A stretch of DNA of 64,000 nt from Fidelibacterota bacterium (GCA_965212055.1 OZ243041.1:224001-288000), one strand, 5' to 3'. Positions 1-9,556 are shown, counted from the first letter of the stretch. The notes: generated from the sequence alone by a model not told the origin. A program made the numbers and translations.

Positions 1-532
1 CGGGAAGGTATTTTGGGTTACTCAAACACTTAACTATAATGATATTCGCTTTGGAACATCCCAAACAAGTAATTGGTTAATAGGAGGACGGTTATTAGAG
101 GATAGAAATTTGAATGAATCCTTTGTATTAATTAACAATAATTACCTTTTAAAGAGATGGAATGCTCCCAATGCTCAAGCAAATATCTATCTATTATCAA
201 GCGTAGGTATTAATACTAAAGATAATAAAGAAATGGGCACCTTTGGTATACATGGAGACTGGGAAAATAGACGTTATATGGTGATGCAAATGATGGAATA
301 TTTTTCACATAATGAATCTTGGGTATCGAATACCAGATTATCTGTCAGCCCTTATACAGTGGACTATACTAAAATGTCAGTATGGTTGATTGCAAATTAT
401 GAAGTAACCTACCAAGATGATGAATATTCATCAACGTTGATACCAGTTGTTCGTTTGTTTAAGGGAAATTATTTGGTAGAATTTGGAAAGAGCAAAGATA
501 ATTCATTTTTATCATTGATGATTCATTTTTAA
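1..532 (+). CDS. 5'-truncated hypothetical protein, possibly an outer-membrane beta-barrel
   Basis: The frame of ORF 110..532 is open from position 2 (GKVFWVTQTLNYNDIRFG...), so the gene starts before the window; alternating aromatic/polar segments and a C-terminal Phe (LSLMIHF). Confidence 0.55.
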   Translation, partial: GKVFWVTQTLNYNDIRFGTSQTSNWLIGGRLLEDRNLNESFVLINNNYLLKRWNAPNAQANIYLLSSVGINTKDNKEMGTFGIHGDWENRRYMVMQMMEYFSHNESWVSNTRLSVSPYTVDYTKMSVWLIANYEVTYQDDEYSSTLIPVVRLFKGNYLVEFGKSKDNSFLSLMIHF

Positions 533-574
533 TTTGGGAATACACGTTAAATAAACATTAATAAGGAGAATTAT

Positions 575-1261
575 TTGAATACTAAAGAAAAAAAAGTAAG
601 AAAATTTTTATCAAAAAAAATTCACGAATTAAACGATGTTGTTGCAGACCTAGATACGCTTGTAACGGAAATGGGTTCAGAATATTTCCGAGTATGTATT
701 TTTGGTTCTGCAAGAATTGAACCTGAATCAAAAGAGTATAAAAAAGTGTATAGACTGGCAAAAGAATTGGCGTCAAATGGAGCAGATATTGTCACTGGAG
801 GTGGCCCTGGACTTATGGAGGCAGCAAATGCTGGAGCAAAAGAGGGAGGATCCAATTCAAAATCTTATGGAATTAGGATACAATTGCCATTTGAATCAGG
901 ATTTAATAATCATATAGATACTAAACTTAATCACAAAAAATTCTCTTCTCGATTAGACGAGTTTATGAGACTTAGTCATGCTATTGTAGTGACACCTGGT
1001 GGCGTTGGTACTTTGCTTGAATTCTTCTTTGCTTGGCAGTTGATGCAAGTTAATCATATTTCATCAAGACCAATCATTCTTGTTGGGTCAATGTGGCATG
1101 AATTAATTAATTGGATTAAGGAAAATTCCTTAAAAAGAGAGCTTCTTGATAAAGAAGATTTTGATAACATTTTTGTTGTTGATAATATACAAGAGGTAAC
1201 CAAGATGTTAAAACCTCATATCGAAGCATTTTATGTAAACAAGCTTAAATCGAAGCCTTAA
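575..1261 (+). CDS. LOG family (lysine decarboxylase-like) nucleotide phosphoribohydrolase
   Basis: IFGSAR, TGGGPGLMEAAN and PGGVGTLLE motifs; AAGGAG RBS upstream. Confidence 0.9.
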   Translation: MNTKEKKVRKFLSKKIHELNDVVADLDTLVTEMGSEYFRVCIFGSARIEPESKEYKKVYRLAKELASNGADIVTGGGPGLMEAANAGAKEGGSNSKSYGIRIQLPFESGFNNHIDTKLNHKKFSSRLDEFMRLSHAIVVTPGGVGTLLEFFFAWQLMQVNHISSRPIILVGSMWHELINWIKENSLKRELLDKEDFDNIFVVDNIQEVTKMLKPHIEAFYVNKLKSKP

Positions 1262-1342
1262 ACATTACCAAATTTTTGTAATTTGTAATTTTATTGATAT
1301 TGAGTTAAGTTAACTGAAATATAAATTAATCAAGGATGAGAT

Positions 1343-1775
1343 ATGTATTGTAGAGAATGTGGAAAGAAAGTCAATGAAAATGCTGTTGCTTGTACCGGCT
1401 GTGGAGTAAATCCAAAGCTGTCTAAAAACTTTTGTGGAGCATGTGGTGTCAAAACAAAAGACAATCAAATAGTGTGTCTAAAATGTGGAGTTTCTTTAGG
1501 AGGTTCTTTTAGGAGGTTCTTCTACTGGTGAAAAAAGTAAAATTATAGCATTTCTTTTAGCCTTATTCTTAGGTTCGATAGGTGTACATAAATTTTATCT
1601 AGGCTACAATACTCAAGGTATAATTATGTTATTATGTGGGACCGTGGGATGGATCTTATTTTTACCCCCACTTGTTATGGCAGTTATTGCACTTATTGAA
1701 GCAATCATGTATATCAGCAAATCTGATGAAGAATTCCAAGAAATCTATGTTGATAATGAAAAACCTTGGTTATAA
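1343..1775 (+). CDS. Zinc-ribbon plus TM2 domain protein (apparent frameshift near 1507-1510)
   Basis: Four CxxC knuckles; after one extra T the reading continues GGSSTGEKSKIIAFLLALFLGSIGVHKFYLG...YVDNEKPWL*, with the TM2 signature GxHKFYLG. Confidence 0.8.
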
Positions 1776-1795
1776 ATAATTAAAAGGAGAATAAA

Positions 1796-2047
1796 ATGAA
1801 TCAAACATCAAGTGGACCTGAAAAATCAAGAATTACTGCTGCACTTTTAGCATTTTTCCTAGGTATTTTTGGAGTTCACAAATTTTATTTAGGATATAGT
1901 ACCACTGGAATCATTCAGTTGGTTTTAGGTATTGTGACCTGTGGATTGACTGGCATTATTGCTTTCATTGAATTCATAATTTATCTGATGAAATCTGATG
2001 AAGACTTCCAAGCAATCTATGTTGATAACGAAAAACATTGGTTTTAA
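1796..2047 (+). CDS. TM2 domain (NINE) protein
   Basis: KSRITAALLAFFLGIFGVHKFYLG; AGGAG RBS. Confidence 0.9.
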   Translation: MNQTSSGPEKSRITAALLAFFLGIFGVHKFYLGYSTTGIIQLVLGIVTCGLTGIIAFIEFIIYLMKSDEDFQAIYVDNEKHWF

Positions 2048-2077
2048 AAATAATTTTTAAAAGAATGAAAGATCAAA

Positions 2078-2534
2078 ATGCATTGTAAAGAATGTGGTAA
2101 AAAGTGTCATGATAACGCTGTTGCTTGTACAAGTTGCGGTACCAATCCACGGCTTGGGCGTAATTTTTGTAACGCTTGTGGGGTAAAAACAAAAGACAAT
2201 CAAGTAGTGTGTTTAAAATGTGGTGTTTCACTTGGTTCATCAGGACCAAGGCAAACTACTAGAAGCGCAAGGCAAACTGCTAGCCTTGGACATGTTGATA
2301 ATCATATGGTGAAAGCAATCTTAGTGACTGTTCTGTTGTTGCTTGCCGTTAGGTATTGTTGCCATCATCAAGTCATCTGAAGTCAATGGTAAGCTTGCTG
2401 CAGGAGATGTACAAGGAGCTCAAATTTCTGCTGCATCATCAAATAGTTGGTCTAATATGGGCATCATACTTGGATTGGTGTTTGGCATATTATATTTTTT
2501 CCTTCTGATGAGTGACATATTATTTTATTTATAG
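2078..2534 (+). CDS. Zinc-ribbon plus CD225/dispanin family protein (apparent frameshift near 2331)
   Basis: Four CxxC knuckles, then NHMVKAILVT; the shifted frame gives CCCLPLGIVAIIKSSEVN...GDVQGAQ, matching the downstream paralogue. Confidence 0.8.
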
Positions 2535-2568
2535 AATTAGATTGAATTATTAAACAAAGAGGTAATAA

Positions 2569-2799
2569 ATGAGTCAACATGTTAATAACAATATGGTTAA
2601 AGCAATTCTTGTTACCATCTGTTGTTGCTTTCCGTTCGGTATTGTTGCCATTATCAAGGCATCTGAAGTCAATGGTAAACTTGCTGCAGGGGATGTACAA
2701 GGAGCTCAACTTTCTGCTGCTGAGGCAGATAAATGGGGTAACTACGGATTAATTTGCGGTATTATATTTGTAGTCCTATATTTATGTTGGTATTTGTAG
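2569..2799 (+). CDS. CD225/dispanin family membrane protein
   Basis: AILVTICCCFPFGIVAIIKASEV...GDVQGAQ..A..W signature; one missing T near 2782 would extend it to 2822. Confidence 0.85.
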   Translation: MSQHVNNNMVKAILVTICCCFPFGIVAIIKASEVNGKLAAGDVQGAQLSAAEADKWGNYGLICGIIFVVLYLCWYL

Positions 2800-2895
2800 G
2801 CGTATTAGCAACTGGTATATAATTTGTATAATCGCTATTGTATAAATTATAAATACAAAAAATTATTTATCTTAGATAACAATCTGTTGTAATAA

Positions 2896-3348
2896 TTGCA
2901 TATCAACTTAAATAGAGTAGAGATTAATGAATCTGAAAGATTAGAATCAAAGAAGAGTTTCTTTGCCATTCTTCTTGGTGCTTTTGTTTTAGTGTTTATG
3001 TTTTCTTACTATCCAATCGGAGGAGAAGGAGTTAATTTTTATCCCCCTTGTCTTTGGTTTGCATTAACCGACACATATTGTCCTGGATGTGGTTCTATGC
3101 GAGGTATTCAGTCAATGATTGAAGGGAATATTCTTGGATTACTTGAGAATAATATCTTTGTATTTATAGCACTACCTTTTTTGTTCTATTCTTTTATTAT
3201 CCTTGGGATCAAAGCATTTAGGGGGTACAAACCATTAACCATATTCTTGACACAAAATGAAATATATTTTATTGTTTTTATGATAGTAGTATTTTGGATT
3301 GTTAGAAATATTCCTGCTTTCGAAATTCTTGCTCCAAATTCAATTTAA
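2896..3348 (+). CDS. DUF2752 family membrane protein
   Basis: PPC...T..YCPGCGSMR and C-terminal FWIVRNIP; start uncertain. Confidence 0.85.
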   Translation: MHINLNRVEINESERLESKKSFFAILLGAFVLVFMFSYYPIGGEGVNFYPPCLWFALTDTYCPGCGSMRGIQSMIEGNILGLLENNIFVFIALPFLFYSFIILGIKAFRGYKPLTIFLTQNEIYFIVFMIVVFWIVRNIPAFEILAPNSI

Positions 3349-3411
3349 TCTTTTCTTTTGAAGTATACTTTCGTTAGAATATGTTGCATATAAATAAAAA
3401 CAGGAGAAAAA

Positions 3412-3753
3412 ATGCATATATTAGTTATTAATTTTAGTCTTGAAGGACTTCCTCATGAAGAATATTTAAAAATTGCTGATGAACTAGCACCAGTGTTTGC
3501 TGATGTGCCTGGTTTATGTTCCAAAGTATGGTTAGCAGATCAAGAAAATAATACTTACGGAGGAGTTTATACTTTTGAAAGCAAACAAGCGTGTGATGAT
3601 TATTGCAATGGTGAACTTTTTGCTAGTGTTGGAAGCAATCCAAACTTTGTGAATGTTACAGCAAAAACTTTTGGGACCCTTGAAGGGCCAACCAAAGTTT
3701 GTAAGAATTGTTGTTGTAAAGAACCAACTACAGATTCTTGCAGTTGTTGTTAA
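3412..3753 (+). CDS. YdhR-family putative monooxygenase with Cys-rich tail
   Basis: VPGL.SKVWL...N.YGGVYTF; CAGGAG RBS. Confidence 0.8.
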   Translation: MHILVINFSLEGLPHEEYLKIADELAPVFADVPGLCSKVWLADQENNTYGGVYTFESKQACDDYCNGELFASVGSNPNFVNVTAKTFGTLEGPTKVCKNCCCKEPTTDSCSCC

Positions 3754-4205
3754 AAAGAATCATATTTCTCACATTCCTTATTGCGCTAGCCTATGGTCAA
3801 GATGTAGAGGCTGATAGTGCTATCGAAGGGTATGAGCAGGCTGAAGAAGAACTGCTTGAATCTATCAAAGAAGAATCGAATAAAAGCGAGAAAAAAAGAA
3901 AACGAAAACTTGCTAATCGAGATACCTACCAAGCACTTACAATGCAAACGCTTACTACCACTGCTGGGATATTTGTTGCTGCCAATCTTCCACATGATGC
4001 GATGACTACCTATTCTACCATTGCGTTAGTTTATCCTACAGCAAAATTGGTTAGCATTGGTAAGAGTGATGCCAGTAAACAAGTAAAAGCAGATCGGAAA
4101 GAAAGGGTGTTAAAAGCTTCTGTTGTTGGGGCGATTCCAATTGTCAATATTGTGGCTACAATTGCTTTTATTCCAATTGTGTTTGCATCTGAAATTATTA
4201 ATTAG
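3738..4205 (+). CDS. Hypothetical exported/membrane protein
   Basis: Signal-peptide-like N-terminus, charged middle, hydrophobic C-terminus. Confidence 0.55.
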   Translation: MQLLLKRIIFLTFLIALAYGQDVEADSAIEGYEQAEEELLESIKEESNKSEKKRKRKLANRDTYQALTMQTLTTTAGIFVAANLPHDAMTTYSTIALVYPTAKLVSIGKSDASKQVKADRKERVLKASVVGAIPIVNIVATIAFIPIVFASEIIN

Positions 4206-4243
4206 ACTGATTCTGAAAAAATAACTAACTTTATTAAAAGAAG

Positions 4244-4268
4244 AAGGGGATAGGGGATCCTCTTTTTT
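4244..4268 (+). terminator. Intrinsic-terminator-like hairpin (second copy at 4469-4493)
   Basis: AAGGGGAT-N5-ATCCTCTT and AAGAGGAT-N5-ATCCTCTT, each followed by a T run. Confidence 0.6.
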
Positions 4269-4292
4269 ATTTTAACAACTAAGGAGAAAAAA

Positions 4293-4454
4293 ATGAAAAA
4301 AATAATGATGAGCCCTCTATTAATGACAGCCGTTCTATTCGCAGATGAACATGGTGCAGAAGAAGCAGCATCTGATGGCGGTCTTGGTACATGGACATGG
4401 GTAGGTATAGCAGCAGTTGCTGTTATAGCATTTCTTTGGATGAGAAATAACTAA
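4293..4454 (+). CDS. 53-aa protein: signal peptide, acidic linker, Gly-Gly, TM anchor (copy 1)
   Basis: MKKIMMSPLLMTAVLFADEHGAEEAASDGGLGTWTWVGIAAVAVIAFLWMRNN; AAGGAG RBS; not in the ORF track. Confidence 0.75.
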   Translation: MKKIMMSPLLMTAVLFADEHGAEEAASDGGLGTWTWVGIAAVAVIAFLWMRNN

Positions 4455-4515
4455 TTTTATTAAAGAAGAAGAGGATAAGGGATCCTCTTTTTTATTTAAC
4501 AACCAAGAGAAAAAA

Positions 4516-4680
4516 ATGAAAAAAATAATGATGAGCCCTCTATTAATGACAGCCGTTCTATTCGCAGATGAACATGGTGCAGAAGAAGCAGCATCTGATG
4601 GCGGTCTTGGTACATGGATGTGGGTAGGTATAGCAGCAGTTGCTGTTGCGGGTTTGTGGTATTGCAAAAATAACTGCTAA
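4516..4680 (+). CDS. 54-aa paralogue (copy 2)
   Basis: MKKIMMSPLLMTAVLFADEHGAEEAASDGGLGTWMWVGIAAVAVAGLWYCKNNC. Confidence 0.7.
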   Translation: MKKIMMSPLLMTAVLFADEHGAEEAASDGGLGTWMWVGIAAVAVAGLWYCKNNC

Positions 4681-4720
4681 TTCTTTTCCACATACTATAA
4701 GGGTTTGCTAAATTAACATT

Positions 4721-6643
4721 GTGAAAAAATACAATGTTCCTAGGGGATTTCTATCCTCAACTGGTATCAATAGCCTCGAAGATTATCTCGTTCTCAAAAA
4801 TTCTGCTCGCAAAGATCCTTCTACATTTTGGAACAAAGTAGCTGAACGTATTGATTGGTTTGAAAAATGGACCGATGTCAATAAGACTAATTATCATAAC
4901 GCGCATATTGAATGGTTTACTAATGGGAAGCTCAATGCTTCTTACAATTGTATTGATCGACATGTCAATAATGGACTAGGAGATAAGACAGCATTGATTT
5001 GGCAGTCGAATGATATTGATGTTAGCAAAAATGTTACTTATAACGAGTTGTTAGTACATGTTTCTCAATTTGCCAACGCCTTAAAAAAAGCAAATATTCA
5101 CAAAGGAGATCGTGTCTGTATTTATATGCAAATGATTCCAGAAGCTATTGTTGCTATGTTAGCCTGTGCACGTATTGGAGCAGTGCATTCTGTTGTATTT
5201 GGAGCATTTTCTAGCGATGCATTAAAAGATAGAATTAATGATTCTGAATGTAAGCTATTGATTACACAGGATAATGGGGTTCGTGGTATAAAACAAGATA
5301 TTCCAATGAAAGAAAATGCAAATCATATTGCAGATGAATGTCCTTCACTAGAAAAGATTATAGTGGTAGATCGATGCGGACATGATGTAGCAATGCAAGA
5401 CGGAAGAGATATCTATTGGCATGACTTCATAGAAGGATGTGATACAACATGTGAACCTGAAGTAATGGATGCTGAAGATCCTTTATTCATTTTATATACT
5501 TCTGGATCTACCGGAACACCAAAAGGCGTATTGCATACTACCGGTGGATATATGGTGTATACTTCTCATACCCATGAGATGGTGTTTGATCATCATCAAG
5601 ATCATATCTATTGGTGCACTGCTGATATTGGTTGGGTTACTGGACATTCCTATATTGTGTATGGACCGCTTTCCAATGGAGTGACCCAAGTTATTTTTGA
5701 GGGGGTCCCAAATTATCCTGACAATGGCCGTTTTTGGCAAATTGTAGAACAGCATAAAGTAAATATTTTTTATACAGCTCCCACCGCATTACGCGCATTA
5801 ATGAAAGAAGGAGATGATTTCCCAAATCAATATGATTTATCAAGTCTACGTGTTTTAGGAACAGTGGGAGAGCCAATTAAATCACCTGAATGGCATTGGT
5901 ATTTTCAAGTCATAGGAAAAGAAAAATGCCCCATTGTTGATACGTGGTGGCAAACAGAAACAGGTGGAGTATTAATGTCTCCAATCCCAGGGTGCGTTCC
6001 AACAAAACCTGGTTCAGCTACATTGCCGTTACCTGGAATCGAACCTGCGATCCTAGATGAGAATGGGAATGAAATTACCGAACCCAATGTCACTGGATTT
6101 TTAGTGATGACACAATCTTGGCCTGGTCAAATGCGAACTGTATATGGCGATCATCAACGTTTCAAAGATACTTATTTTTCTCAAGCTCCTGGAAATTATT
6201 TTACGGGTGATGGAGCGTTTGTTGATGAAGATGGATATTATTGGATTACAGGAAGAGTAGATGATGTATTAAATGTGTCAGGGCATCGTATTGGTACCGC
6301 AGAAGTAGAAGGAGCCATTGGTGCTGCAAGTGGAGTAGCAGAAGCAGCTGTGATTGGATATACACATGAGATTAAAGGAGAGGGTATCTATGCCTTTGTT
6401 ACTTTAATGACAGGCGTTGAACCATCTGATGATATTAAAACAGATATTTTAGCTACCGTAACAAAAATTATTGGTCCTCATGCCAAACCAAGTGTGATAC
6501 AATTCTGTGATGGGTTACCAAAAACACGATCTGGAAAAATTATGCGAAGAATTCTTAAAAAAATTGCTCAAAATGAAACAGATGACTTGGGTGATATTTC
6601 TACGTTAGCAGATCCAAGTGTAATCGATAGTCTATTACGTTAA
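4721..6643 (+). CDS. acs: Acetyl-CoA synthetase
   Basis: YTSGSTGTPKG, DTWWQTETGG, GRVDDV.NVSGHR, PKTRSGKIMRR. Confidence 0.97.
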   Translation: MKKYNVPRGFLSSTGINSLEDYLVLKNSARKDPSTFWNKVAERIDWFEKWTDVNKTNYHNAHIEWFTNGKLNASYNCIDRHVNNGLGDKTALIWQSNDIDVSKNVTYNELLVHVSQFANALKKANIHKGDRVCIYMQMIPEAIVAMLACARIGAVHSVVFGAFSSDALKDRINDSECKLLITQDNGVRGIKQDIPMKENANHIADECPSLEKIIVVDRCGHDVAMQDGRDIYWHDFIEGCDTTCEPEVMDAEDPLFILYTSGSTGTPKGVLHTTGGYMVYTSHTHEMVFDHHQDHIYWCTADIGWVTGHSYIVYGPLSNGVTQVIFEGVPNYPDNGRFWQIVEQHKVNIFYTAPTALRALMKEGDDFPNQYDLSSLRVLGTVGEPIKSPEWHWYFQVIGKEKCPIVDTWWQTETGGVLMSPIPGCVPTKPGSATLPLPGIEPAILDENGNEITEPNVTGFLVMTQSWPGQMRTVYGDHQRFKDTYFSQAPGNYFTGDGAFVDEDGYYWITGRVDDVLNVSGHRIGTAEVEGAIGAASGVAEAAVIGYTHEIKGEGIYAFVTLMTGVEPSDDIKTDILATVTKIIGPHAKPSVIQFCDGLPKTRSGKIMRRILKKIAQNETDDLGDISTLADPSVIDSLLR

Positions 6644-7572
6644 GATTTCTTAGGCCCAGGAAAAAATATGTTCGTTGTTTCTTGATAGGATTTATAATCA
6701 GGCCGTTTTTGTGCTGAATAATACTCTGATGGCACTGCACCGGTATGATACACTAATGTCGTGTACATCAATCTAGACATAAATAGTAATCCTAAGCCTA
6801 ATAATACCCAAACAATTGGAGATTCTTTTTCATATAACATAATCCATGATGGGATAGATGCGATAATAACTCCATTCCAGACCATCCATTCAGCAAAATA
6901 GTTTGGATGGCGACTATATTTCCACAATCCAACATTACACACTTGATTTTTCTGTCCTAATCTTTTCATTTCTCTTAAAAAAGACAGTTTTTGCATATCT
7001 GCAACTGATTCCATTATAAAAGCACTGAACCATATCGCAATTCCAATGATTTCAAGTATTACAACTTGTAAACCCAATTCTTTAGGGTTACTTGTATTAG
7101 TTGCAATGATAAAAGCTGGCATTGCGAAGAAAGAAGCATTAGCTAACCCTTGTAAAATTGCTTCAATCTGCATTGCTAGAGCGGTATTGTTTTTTCCTGC
7201 TCTTTTCCAACGTCGTTTTTGATATTCATAACGAGGAAATTCTTTATTGAACATTCCTAGGCTCCACATTTTTAATGAACCCAATCCCATACGACTACCA
7301 ATAAGGATATAAATGATGCTAATAGCCATAATGCGAAGACTATCACCTTCAGCATAACACCAAGTGATGATGCCAATAAGAGCTACTCCCCATGGCCAAC
7401 CGATATCAACATATGACATACGTCCAGTACGCCATGTTGGTAAGCAAACTACCAGTAAAAATAATAATAGTTGTGATAGACCATTGATCAGACTAATTGA
7501 AGCAAATGTTTCTGTACATAATAATAAACCCCAAACTAGAAGAAATGGGAGTAAAGGAAATAAATATTTCAT
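6640..7572 (-). CDS. DUF1295 (steroid 5-alpha-reductase-like) membrane protein
   Basis: ESVADMQK and GLWKYSRHPNYFAEW. Confidence 0.9.
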   Translation of the reverse strand: MKYLFPLLPFLLVWGLLLCTETFASISLINGLSQLLLFLLVVCLPTWRTGRMSYVDIGWPWGVALIGIITWCYAEGDSLRIMAISIIYILIGSRMGLGSLKMWSLGMFNKEFPRYEYQKRRWKRAGKNNTALAMQIEAILQGLANASFFAMPAFIIATNTSNPKELGLQVVILEIIGIAIWFSAFIMESVADMQKLSFLREMKRLGQKNQVCNVGLWKYSRHPNYFAEWMVWNGVIIASIPSWIMLYEKESPIVWVLLGLGLLFMSRLMYTTLVYHTGAVPSEYYSAQKRPDYKSYQETTNIFFPGPKKS

Positions 7573-7575
7573 TAA

Positions 7576-8412
7576 TTATAGACCAAATCCACCACCATGA
7601 CACATTAAAATCTGTCCTGTGACATAGTTAGATTCAGGAATACAAAACATATAAATAGCACCCGCAGCTTCTTGAGGCGTGCCTGGTCTTCCAAGTGGAA
7701 TCATTGTTTTTGCATATTGAAATACTGCTGAATTGACTCCTACCTTAATTTTATTGCCTTCAATATCAATAGTGGACTCTTCTTTTTCGGCATCTGCATC
7801 GGTTAATCGTGTTTTAATCAATCCAAAACCTACCGCATTGACATTGACGTTATAACGACCCCATTCTTTCGCCATAGTTTTTGCCATTCCTACTACGCCT
7901 GCCTTTGCCGTAGAGTAATTTATCTGCCCAGCATTACCATTCATGCCTGACGTAGATGAAATATTGACAACTTTTCTATAATTAGTGATTCCTTTTTCTT
8001 TGTCTTCAAGGAATAGTCTTTTAATATGAGGTTGAGCTGCACGAAGAATACGAAATGGTGCTGTTATATGACAATCAAGGATTGCTTGCCACTGTTTATC
8101 ATCCATTTTTTGAATGACATTATCCCAAGTATATCCCGCGTTATTAACAATAATGTCTAATCCGCCAAAAGTATCTAAAGCTGTATTAATAAACCGTTCA
8201 GGAAATTCATCTTCCGTTACGCTTCCATTGCATGCAACTGCTTTACCGCCCATTGCTGTAATATCTTCTACGGTTTGATTTGCTGGATCCGCATCAAGGT
8301 CATTAACCACAATATGCGCTCCATCTTTGGCTAACATTAATGCAAGTTCTCGACCAATTCCACGGCCTGAACCAGTGATTAATGCGACTTTGCCTTCTAA
8401 TTTTTTTCCCAT
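7576..8412 (-). CDS. SDR oxidoreductase (FabG-like)
   Basis: TGSGRGIG, NNAG, YSTAK; start taken at MGKKLEG. Confidence 0.92.
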   Translation of the reverse strand: MGKKLEGKVALITGSGRGIGRELALMLAKDGAHIVVNDLDADPANQTVEDITAMGGKAVACNGSVTEDEFPERFINTALDTFGGLDIIVNNAGYTWDNVIQKMDDKQWQAILDCHITAPFRILRAAQPHIKRLFLEDKEKGITNYRKVVNISSTSGMNGNAGQINYSTAKAGVVGMAKTMAKEWGRYNVNVNAVGFGLIKTRLTDADAEKEESTIDIEGNKIKVGVNSAVFQYAKTMIPLGRPGTPQEAAGAIYMFCIPESNYVTGQILMCHGGGFGL

Positions 8413-8413
8413 A

Positions 8414-9556
8414 TTAAAATCCCAACGATCTACCAATGATTTCTTTCATAATTTCATTGGTACCACCATAAATAGTTTGTACACGAGAATCAAGATAGGC
8501 TCTAGCAATAGGATATTCAAGAATGTATCCATAGCCACCATGTAGTTGCAAGCATTGGTCCACGACACGATGTTCTACATCGGTCAACCACCATTTTGCC
8601 ATTGCAGCTTTTTCAGGCGTGAGTCTCTTTTCATTTAATTCCACTACACATTGATCATAAAACGTACGACCAATTTCAGATTCAGTTGTCATTTCTGCTA
8701 GTTTGAACTTTGAATTTTGAAAACTTCCAATTTTTCGACCAAAGGCCTTACGTTCATGACAATATTCAATGGTATATTCTAATACCGCTTCTATGACTGC
8801 AATTGATGCAGCTGCAATTGATAAACGTTCTTTTGGAAGGCTTTCCATCATGTAATAAAACCCTTTTCCTTCCTCACCTAAAAGATTGTCTTTTGGTACC
8901 TTGACGTCTTTAAAGAAAAGCTCAGCTGTATCCTGTGCTTTTTGACCAATTTTTTCTAATTTTTTTCCGCGCGTAAATCCTTCCATACCACGTTCGAGAA
9001 CCAATAAACTGATTCCTTTTGCATGTTCTTTAGAATCAGTTTTTACTGCAGTGACTACCAAATCACTTAATAAACCATTGGTAATAAATGTTTTGCTTCC
9101 ATTAACAAGGTAATGATCTCCCATATCTTTTGCGTGGGTTTTGATTGCCGCTAAATCACTTCCACCACCTGGTTCAGTCATTGCTAATGCTCCAATGGTC
9201 TCTCCACTACATATCTTTGGAAACCAACGTTTTTTTTGTTCTTCATTGCCATGACGTAAAATGTATGGTACTACTAAATCATTTTGTACAGAATGTGCAA
9301 ATCCAGAGGATCCAGATTTGACTCCTTCTTCAATAAGAATAGTATTATATCGATAGTCATCAATACCCATTCCACCATATTCTTCAGGAACATCAATGCC
9401 AAAAAAATTATTTTCTCCCGCTTTTAACCATACTTCACGTGATACCTGTCCATCTTTTTCCCATTGTTCGTTATTTGGTGTTACTTCACGTGCAAAAAAT
9501 GTATTAGCTGCATCTTGAAAAATTAATTGTTCCTCTGTTAAATTCTCTTTTTTCAT
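8414..9556 (-). CDS. Acyl-CoA dehydrogenase (long-chain type)
   Basis: AMTEPGGGSDL, NGSKTFITNG, QLHGGYGY, IYGGTNEIMK. Confidence 0.96.
   Translation of the reverse strand: MKKENLTEEQLIFQDAANTFFAREVTPNNEQWEKDGQVSREVWLKAGENNFFGIDVPEEYGGMGIDDYRYNTILIEEGVKSGSSGFAHSVQNDLVVPYILRHGNEEQKKRWFPKICSGETIGALAMTEPGGGSDLAAIKTHAKDMGDHYLVNGSKTFITNGLLSDLVVTAVKTDSKEHAKGISLLVLERGMEGFTRGKKLEKIGQKAQDTAELFFKDVKVPKDNLLGEEGKGFYYMMESLPKERLSIAAASIAVIEAVLEYTIEYCHERKAFGRKIGSFQNSKFKLAEMTTESEIGRTFYDQCVVELNEKRLTPEKAAMAKWWLTDVEHRVVDQCLQLHGGYGYILEYPIARAYLDSRVQTIYGGTNEIMKEIIGRSLGF

Larger units (their letters stand above)
4219..4675. repeat. Tandem duplication of an ~225 bp unit (hairpin + RBS + small ORF)
   Basis: Near-identical units 4219-4444 and 4445-4667; AAATAACT at all three boundaries (4219, 4445, 4668). 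Confidence 0.95.

Noticed and set aside
4219..4680. CRISPR array or integron cassette array
   Set aside because: Only two long units with no unique spacers, no cas or integrase gene, and no convincing attC structure
4335..4693. Minus-strand ORFs 4335..4667 and 4496..4693
   Set aside because: Antisense shadows of the duplicated plus-strand micro-genes, which have an RBS and a coherent signal/TM layout
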